Assembly: GCF_000186885.1 (NCBI RefSeq)
Contig: NC_014972.1
Span: forward strand, 1,290,001 to 1,322,000
Direction of reading: 5' to 3'
DNA: 32,000 bases
From: Desulfobulbus propionicus DSM 2032
Lineage (GTDB): Bacteria > Desulfobacterota > Desulfobulbia > Desulfobulbales > Desulfobulbaceae
This document shows, piece by piece, positions 26,313-32,000 of the stretch (positions are counted from its first letter, which is position 1; the number at the start of each line of letters is the position of its first letter). Both the position numbers and the translations under genes were made by a program. Under the pieces are notes generated by a model. It did no database searches, was not told the origin of the DNA, and worked only from the letters and a program-made list of their open reading frames with translations.

Positions 26313-28220
26313 TTATTTCAGGCTGTTCGGGTCATGACAGGAGATCCCGCAGGAGTTCGTGTACGGGATGGGCATGGCCTTGTCCGGGTCCACGCCCTTC
26401 ACATACTTGTTGTCCTTGCGGGGGACGATGAGCAGGTGGGAAGTGATGTCGTTTTCCCAATAGTTCTTGCCATCGGCCGTCACCAGTCCTTTGCCGAAGC
26501 CTGCTCCGGTTTGGGCCGTCTTGAACTGATGGCAGTTGGTGCAGGTGATCTTGGTTTCCGGTCCGTGCGCCATGCCCACGGCGTTCTCGGTATGCTTGGC
26601 CATATCCTTCTGCGCGGTATGGCAGCTCTGACAGTAGGTGCTTCCCGGCGTGACCGCATCCTGGCGCATCTGATGCTTGAACGCTGACCCGCCATGAGGA
26701 TCGTGACAGGTGGTGCAGCTTAGGATCTGCTCAGCGTTGCGGTATTTTGTCGAACGGATAAAGTCGAGATACTGCTGATGATGCGACTTGGAATGGGATT
26801 CCCACACATCCTTGGGCGAGGCATCCTCACGGGTGGTGAAGTTGACCAGATACTCGTTCCGACTGATGCCCGGAGCCATCATCTTGTTGTCCTTGTTGAC
26901 CGGCTGGTCATTGTTGAGGAAACCCTGGGGCCGAGAATGGCATTGGCCGCAGATGACCGAGGCCCTTTCTGAAGCCAGTTTACCGGGACTGACAATGGTG
27001 GCAGCTTTTTTCGCGGCCGGTGCCTTGACGTGGGCCGATCCGGCACCGTGACAGGACTCGCAGCCGATGTTCAGTTCGTTGGGCACGCCGTCGCCGTCGA
27101 TGTCTGCCTCGCCGTTCGGATCATTGACCGCGCCGGCGATGTACTCCCCAGAATCCAGTTTGGTGAGACTGTATCCGGTATAGTGGCAGGAGGCGCATTC
27201 CTTTTCAAAGGACTTGGCGATAGGAGGGTCGGTGAGTTTCTTGGTTTCCTCGTTGAAGAACCAGTCCGCATGGTAGTCCCTGAACTGCTTCCGCGTCCGG
27301 TTACCGTACTCATCCTTGCCGTGCTCGTTGTACTGCAGGAACGGATAGAGGCTCTTGCCAACGTGCAGGAGATAACGCTGTTTATAGAGACCTCCGCCGT
27401 AGGTCAGTTCCACCGGATACTCCCGAGGGGGATCGGATGGATCCTTCAGATTCTGCATCTTGATCTTGACGTGTCCCTTGTCGTCGGCGGAGAAGGTGGC
27501 GCTCAGGCTGGCGGTAGTGGGATCTTTCGGCATTTCTCGGGCGACCTTGTACTTGTCGAATCCGCGTTCCTTGTCAAAATCAAAGAAATAGAAGGTTGCT
27601 CCAGCCTTGAGAATGTTGAGACCGTTGTCGATTTCAACAAACCGCGAAGAATCCTGGAGTTTGCTGTCCTTGCCGGCAACTCGGATGCCTAGTTTATGGA
27701 GGGTCATCTTTTCGGTGGCATAATCCTTGTGGCAGTTGAGGCAACTGGTCGTGCCCACGAAGGTGGCACCTGCGGGGGTATTGCCCGAAAGAAGAATTTC
27801 GACCGGCTTCCCCTTCAACGCTTTAGGGGAGATGGCGACATCAGCCTTGTTGCCACCGGGCAGATAGGTCGCATCCGCCGGGACGACGTAAAGGAAGTAT
27901 TTTGCCTCGGCGACGTCGGCAATCTTGAATTTGCCCTGCTTGTCGGAGACTCCTTTTTTGTAGGTATCTTTGTTGGCCGCTAGATTGTCCTCCAGCGGTT
28001 CATCATTAGCGGCATTTTTTTTGACCTCCAGCGGGGTTTTCGCCATTGCCGCCACGTCTGTGGCTGGAATCAGATAGACGGTAGCCTTGGGCACGACGTG
28101 TTTCGATGCATCCTTGACAACGCCGCTTATGGTGGTGCCGGCCATCAGTGGCCTGCCCGCCAGGAGCAACACTCCCAAGCTCATGACAAAATACGACACG
28201 ATTCTGTACCAATGTTTCAT
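26313..28220 (-). CDS. Periplasmic multiheme c-type cytochrome (7 CXXCH + 1 CX3CH) with N-terminal carboxypeptidase-regulatory-like domain
   Basis: ATG at 28220 with RBS AGGAGG; signal peptide MKHWYRIVSYFVMSLGVLLLAGRPLMAG; TTISGVVKDASKHVVPKATVYLIP; CLNCH, CASCH, CESCH, CGQCH, CTTCH, CQSCH, CTNCH and CGISCH. Confidence 0.92.
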   Translation of the reverse strand: MKHWYRIVSYFVMSLGVLLLAGRPLMAGTTISGVVKDASKHVVPKATVYLIPATDVAAMAKTPLEVKKNAANDEPLEDNLAANKDTYKKGVSDKQGKFKIADVAEAKYFLYVVPADATYLPGGNKADVAISPKALKGKPVEILLSGNTPAGATFVGTTSCLNCHKDYATEKMTLHKLGIRVAGKDSKLQDSSRFVEIDNGLNILKAGATFYFFDFDKERGFDKYKVAREMPKDPTTASLSATFSADDKGHVKIKMQNLKDPSDPPREYPVELTYGGGLYKQRYLLHVGKSLYPFLQYNEHGKDEYGNRTRKQFRDYHADWFFNEETKKLTDPPIAKSFEKECASCHYTGYSLTKLDSGEYIAGAVNDPNGEADIDGDGVPNELNIGCESCHGAGSAHVKAPAAKKAATIVSPGKLASERASVICGQCHSRPQGFLNNDQPVNKDNKMMAPGISRNEYLVNFTTREDASPKDVWESHSKSHHQQYLDFIRSTKYRNAEQILSCTTCHDPHGGSAFKHQMRQDAVTPGSTYCQSCHTAQKDMAKHTENAVGMAHGPETKITCTNCHQFKTAQTGAGFGKGLVTADGKNYWENDITSHLLIVPRKDNKYVKGVDPDKAMPIPYTNSCGISCHDPNSLK

Positions 28221-28741
28221 CTGGGCACCTCCTGCAAGAAGGGATGGGGCGAACCACAAACAAATCGAACCGTCAGCGCGGCCTTTGTTCATGGGGGGGT
28301 GCAGCGTGGAGGAAAGGTCAGTGGGAAAAAATGGATGAGGGGATGGACTCTCCCGCCGTGTGTCACGGTCGGTGCATAAGGGGGAATTGCAGAGCGCGTT
28401 CACGGACCGGGAGAGAGTATTCACGTGCAGCCCCCCTTTGTTTACCTTTTGGATGCTCAAACAATAAGGCAAAATTACAAATGATCGTATCGAAGTCAAT
28501 CTATTTTTTTATGGAAATTTCGAAAGATACCTTGACATCAAGCCATCTTGTGTTCTCTTGAAACCAGACGGGTGGCGCAGCGAATCCGACCAGGAAAAAG
28601 AGGGGAGGGCAAGGCCCTTGTTGCGTATCACCACAAAGGGGGAAAGCAATGTGGGCCATCGGGCATTGCCGGGTCAGCATGTGACATCTTGAAGCCGATC
28701 ACTGCGGCGAAGACAGAGAACCATACAGAAAGGATCGAATC

Positions 28742-29530
28742 ATGGACTATTTGATCATCGCCCTTTGCGCTTTCCTGGCCTCCGGGTTGACCCTGTATTC
28801 GGGATTTGGCTTGGGGACCTTGCTCCTGCCGGTATTCGCTCTCTTTGTTCCGGTGGAGGTGGCGGTGGGGGCAACCGCTTTGGTGCACGGGGCCAACAAT
28901 ATCCTCAAGGTGGCCATTGTCGGCCAGCATGCGGACAGAGACCTGGTGCTCCGTTTCGGCATTCCGGCCGTGGTCGCCGCCTTTGCCGGGGCAGCGACAC
29001 TTGGCTATGTCGCCCATTTCGGCGCGATCTTCAGCTATGCCATCGGGTCGCGAATCGCCATCATCACCCCGGTCAAGCTGACCATGGGCACACTGATGTT
29101 CGTCTTTGCGTTGTTTGAATTGGTGCCAAAATTGCGGAGCCTGCGCGTTGACCGCAAATATCTCGTCCTCGGCGGACTGCTGTCAGGGTTTTTCGGCGGA
29201 TTCTCGGGACATCAGGGGGCCTTGCGCTCCGCGTTTCTCACCAAGGTCGGGATCTCGCCTCAAGCCTTTGTCGGCACCAATGCCCTCATCGGCTTCCTGG
29301 TCGATCTGGCCCGAATCGCGGTCTATGGTTCGGTCTTTTTCCTGACCGGAACAGGTGACGCCTTTGACCGCCACCAATGGTCAATGATCGCGGTCGGTTG
29401 CCTGACCGCCTTTGCCGGCGTTCTCATCGGTAAACGGTATCTGCATACACTCACCATGCGCACCATCCAAACCATCACCGGAACCTTGCTTTTGGGGATT
29501 TCAATTGCCCTGCTGGCGGGAGTGCTTTGA
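28742..29530 (+). CDS. TSUP/TauE-SafE family permease
   Basis: MDYLIIALCAFLASGLTLYSGFGLGTLLLPVFALFVPVEVAVGATALVHGANNILKVAIVG...GGLLSGFFGGFSGHQGALRSAFLTKVGISPQAFVGTNALIGFLVDLARI. Confidence 0.88.
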   Translation: MDYLIIALCAFLASGLTLYSGFGLGTLLLPVFALFVPVEVAVGATALVHGANNILKVAIVGQHADRDLVLRFGIPAVVAAFAGAATLGYVAHFGAIFSYAIGSRIAIITPVKLTMGTLMFVFALFELVPKLRSLRVDRKYLVLGGLLSGFFGGFSGHQGALRSAFLTKVGISPQAFVGTNALIGFLVDLARIAVYGSVFFLTGTGDAFDRHQWSMIAVGCLTAFAGVLIGKRYLHTLTMRTIQTITGTLLLGISIALLAGVL

Positions 29531-29588
29531 TTGTTTCCACGCTGGCGCACGGGAACAATCGTCCGTTGCCGCCCAGCGGCAAGGTCCG

Positions 29589-29693
29589 CTATTCAGGTTT
29601 GCGGCCCAGGGCCTTGGTGCCTGCATGACGCGTTTTGCTCTCCAGCCGCCGCTTGCAGGCCGCCAGGGTAGGCTTGGTGGGGACGGTCGGCAT
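29589..29693 (-). pseudogene. Internally deleted duplicate of arfB (34-codon mini-ORF: start MPT plus basic C-terminal tail)
   Basis: Minus-strand translation MPTVPTKPTLAACKRRLESKTRHAGTKALGRKPE* versus arfB start MPTIP and tail PTKPTLAARKRRLESKTRHARTKALRRKPE*. The downstream flank AGCGGCAAGGyCCGC is also shared with 25741 onward. Confidence 0.88.
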
Positions 29694-29774
29694 GGTCGTT
29701 TGTGGTCAGGAGAAGCGTGGGGGATACGGACTGATCAAAAATCGACAATAACACGGATCAGCCCACCCGAGCCC

Positions 29775-29805
29775 GGTAGGTTGGGGTGAGGAACGAACCC
29801 CAACA
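29775..29805 (+). repeat. REP element (left copy)
   Basis: GGTAGGTTGGGGTGAGGAACGAACCCCAACA; internal stem GTTGGGGT/ACCCCAAC. Confidence 0.85.
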
Positions 29806-29808
29806 CCA

Positions 29809-30344
29809 TCATTCTCTTTCGCCATAGCCCCTTCTTTCGTTGTCGCAAATTCCACCGCCCCAATCGCCATCAATCATCCCCGCCGCGACATAACGGTGGA
29901 TGCTTGAATACGGCCAATCCGCAGCACGGGTCGCATGGCCATGTTTCACCGGATTGAAATGGATGTACTCCACATGTCTGGCAAAGTCTCCTTCGTCTCG
30001 GATGAGATGTTCCCAATACCGGCGTTGCCAGATGCCGCGTTCTTCTTTGCTCGTCCGGCTGGCGTTCCGGCGTTCCCCTTGGGGGATATACCGCGAGAAT
30101 CCTGCTTTGATGAGCATCCACCGTCCGGGGTAGTCCGTGTCCCCTGGTGGTAGCGTCCACATCGCATGCAGATGTTCGGGTAACACCACCATGGCGTCGA
30201 TGGTGAAGGGATGTCGTTCTTTTACCACGCCGACAACCTGACGAAGGACGTCAATGTATTCCACCAACAGGGACCGGTGTCGTTCCGCAAGATTCACGGT
30301 GAAAAAAAGGTGCCGCCATCAACCCGCGCGCGCCGGTATCGCAT
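29809..30344 (-). mobile_element. REP-associated tyrosine transposase (RAYT, IS200-like Y1/HUH), apparently frameshifted near its 5' end
   Basis: ORF 29809..30297 has PEHLHAMW (HUH) and HVEYIHFNPVKHG. The missing N-terminus lies upstream in another frame: MRYRRARVDGGTFF..., and joins TVNLAERHRSLLVEY if the A7 run at 30302-30308 were A8. REPs sit 3 nt beyond the stop and about 26 nt upstream of the start. Confidence 0.87.
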
Positions 30345-30370
30345 TGCATTCCTCCGGTTTTACGACACAA

Positions 30371-30401
30371 TGTTGGGGTTCGTGCCTCACCCCAACCTAC
30401 C
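30371..30401 (-). repeat. REP element (right copy, inverted relative to left copy)
   Basis: TGTTGGGGTTCGTGCCTCACCCCAACCTACC; reverse complement matches the left copy with 1 mismatch across 31 nt. Confidence 0.85.
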
Positions 30402-30550
30402 TTGCTACCTTGCTCAACCAGGTATTTCTCACAAAAATCCAGATAGAAACGGAGCCACTTTTTGTAATGGATGTGATACGTGTCGGCAATGTTGTGGGCG
30501 AAAAGACACTCCTCGAAACGAGTCAGTAATGTAGCGGGAATTGAAATCAT
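30402..30550 (-). pseudogene. N-terminal fragment of a tyrosine recombinase/integrase (core-binding domain), truncated at the REP element
   Basis: MISIPATLLTRFEECLFAHNIADTYHIHYKKWLRFYLDFCEKYLVEQGSKV; HYxKWLRxYLDFCxKY resembles SAM-like N-terminal domains of site-specific integrases; similarity is lost exactly where the REP begins. Confidence 0.6.
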
Positions 30551-30570
30551 AGGGAATCTCGAAGACGGGT

Positions 30571-30592
30571 TATCCTTCCAAATGGAAGGATA
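30571..30592. repeat. Perfect 10-bp inverted repeat TATCCTTCCA-AA-TGGAAGGATA
   Basis: Read directly; lies just upstream of the integrase-fragment start. Confidence 0.85.
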
Positions 30593-30767
30593 TACAGAAA
30601 AGCGGGTATTCAAAAACCATCGATTTGTCAATGACAATCTTTATAAATACTAGTAAGTAAGCCATGATATCGGCCTTAAACGCAAGGGCAGAGGAATGCC
30701 GGCACGAAAAACTCATCCCGGCCCGCTCTGCAAATCTAGATGTTATACAGATCAGCAGAATAACTTG

Positions 30768-31655
30768 TTAGGCCCATCACCGGGCAAAATCGCAAACTGT
30801 AAGTAAGGGGGAACTTCATGGCGATGACAAAGTGTAAGGAGTGCGGAACCGAGATCAGTACCACTGCTGACGCATGCCCCAAATGTGGCGCAAAACAAGT
30901 GCGAACCTCTGGCTGTGCCAAGGTTGTTCTTGGCGTTCTCGGATTCTTCGTTTTTGTCGCAATTGTCGGACAATGCAGCCGTTCTGATACGAGCTCGCCT
31001 TCAACGTCAGCAACCTCTGCAAGCTCATCGTCAGCTACTGCAAAGCCGGCAGCGGCGCCAACCCCGCCTCCTCCTCCCGCCCCAGGGTCACAATGGCGCT
31101 ACGGCCAAGACGAAGACCCGATGGGCAAAGGCACAACTCTGCTGGCTCAGGTAACAAGCACAAATGTAGTGCTGTTTGATTCGCCGTATGGCGGGCCTCA
31201 GCATGGAACACTTACTTTGCGCACCCATCCTCGTCACGGAAAAGACATCATTCTCGGCATTGAGCGCGGGCAGTTTCTTTGCCGCTCTTACGAGGATTGC
31301 AATGTTCTCGTGCGCTTCGACGATCAGAAAGCGGTGACTTACGCTGGTGTAGGCCCTGCAGACAATAGTACTGAGTCAGTTTTCATCCGTAACTACTCGC
31401 GCTTTGTCTCAAACATGCTCAAGGCCAAGCGGGTACGTATCTCAGCTGAGGTGTACCAAGAGGGGGCGCCCGTATTCGAGTTTGACGTTAGCGATTTCAG
31501 TGAGGCCAAGTACAAGGGCAAGCAGTGATTCTTGCATCACCGCGGGTGGGCCTAACAATTCGTTCAAGCCGAACTTGCTTCGTTACGGCAAAAGCGTGGC
31601 AGAAACAGCTTGCCACGCTTTTGCCTCCACTACGCAAGTCGGCTTAACTCAGGCG
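30768..31655 (+). mobile_element. Integron-type gene cassette (about 888 bp) carrying one ORF and a terminal attC
   Basis: Left boundary G|TTAGGC at 30767/30768 is exactly complementary to attC R'' box GCCTAAC at 31550-31556; right boundary GGCG|TTA at 31655/31656. Confidence 0.75.
30818..31528 (+). CDS. Zinc-ribbon membrane-anchored protein of unknown function (cassette cargo)
   Basis: MAMTKCKECGTEISTTADACPKCGAK (double CxxC), TM VVLGVLGFFVFVAIVGQC, Ser/Ala/Pro linker, then a soluble domain ending ISAEVYQEGAPVFEFDVSDFSEAKYKGKQ. Confidence 0.82.
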   Translation: MAMTKCKECGTEISTTADACPKCGAKQVRTSGCAKVVLGVLGFFVFVAIVGQCSRSDTSSPSTSATSASSSSATAKPAAAPTPPPPPAPGSQWRYGQDEDPMGKGTTLLAQVTSTNVVLFDSPYGGPQHGTLTLRTHPRHGKDIILGIERGQFLCRSYEDCNVLVRFDDQKAVTYAGVGPADNSTESVFIRNYSRFVSNMLKAKRVRISAEVYQEGAPVFEFDVSDFSEAKYKGKQ

Positions 31656-31662
31656 TTATCCC
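31550..31662 (+). other. attC recombination site
   Basis: GCCTAACAATTCGTTCAAGCCGAACTTGC ... GCAAGTCGGCTTAACTCAGGCGTTA. Outer arm AAGCCG(A)ACTTGC pairs with GCAAGTCGGCTT leaving one extrahelical A; inner 15-bp perfect stem GGCAAAAGCGTGGCA (31587-31601)/TGCCACGCTTTTGCC (31611-31625). Confidence 0.82.
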
Positions 31663-31851
31663 GTTTCTGGTTATCACTCAGTGTTTCCAGCTTGAAGGTT
31701 CACGATTTACTTTTTTAGGTTTTCGCTCCCTGGTTCTCATGCGGTTTTGGAGGATAACCAGAAACCGTTTATCCCCTTTGCGTCATGCAAATGGGCTTGC
31801 GTGCATTCAGTATCGGGAATGAATGACCAGCCCCTCCTTATCGAGCAATTC

Positions 31852-31998
31852 CTAGATTCCACTGGGAAGCTTGTCCCGCATCATCTGCTTTCTCTCGATA
31901 GTTTGGCCATCGACTCTAAAGGTGCCGTCGCCCACGGCATGGAGCATTCTCTTCTCCGCGCGAGCATTGTCAACGTAGGCCGCGATTCCTCGCAGCAC
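31852..31998 (-). CDS. C-terminal 48 codons of an unidentified protein running off the right edge
   Basis: Minus-strand open frame VLRGIAAYVDNARAEKRMLHAVGDGTFRVDGQTIERKQMMRDKLPSGI*; too short to classify. Confidence 0.4.
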   Translation of the reverse strand: MLRGIAAYVDNARAEKRMLHAVGDGTFRVDGQTIERKQMMRDKLPSGI

Positions 31999-32000
31999 GA

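Noticed and set aside
28560-28741. Possible riboswitch upstream of the TSUP permease
   Set aside because: GC-rich leader lacks any consensus core I can recognise (GEMM, fluoride, TPP, SAM); a covariance-model scan would be required.
30251-30637. Single 128-aa minus-strand ORF as one protein
   Set aside because: It is a chimera of three elements: integrase fragment, REP sequence (VGWGEARTPTL) and out-of-frame RAYT 5' region.
31404-31718. 104-aa plus-strand ORF
   Set aside because: Runs through the attC secondary structure and the out-of-frame end of the cassette gene; likely spurious.

Overview
GC-rich window, probably from a Desulfobacterota-like genome (inferred from gene content only). 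Most genes are on the minus strand. Left part: the N-terminal portion of a fused isobutyryl-CoA mutase (IcmF), a frameshifted AraC regulator, a SAM methyltransferase, an MBL-fold lipoprotein, then a minus-strand transport/regulation cluster (receiver, NifX-like, NhaD antiporter, SLC13/DASS permease, CBS protein, receiver). Centre (11967..23011): the most interesting locus. It is a same-strand series of a C14 metacaspase, an outer-membrane beta-barrel-like protein, a 1789-aa protein with two alpha/beta-hydrolase-like segments plus a CHAT caspase-fold protease and a helical tail, a TIR protein, a KGG-type P-loop ATPase fused to TPRs, and a small uncharacterised protein. The last four genes are separated by only 9-38 nt. 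It is a candidate regulated-death/conflict system related to, but more elaborate than, known TIR + KGG-ATPase-TPR pairs. Right part: Pif1-like helicase with HRDC, arfB, multiheme cytochrome c, TSUP permease, and then a plasticity hotspot. The hotspot has a 34-codon internally deleted arfB copy, a REP-flanked RAYT transposase with a homopolymer frameshift, an N-terminal fragment of a tyrosine recombinase cut off at the REP, and an integron-type gene cassette (888 bp) with a recognisable attC. No tRNA, rRNA or CRISPR array was seen.
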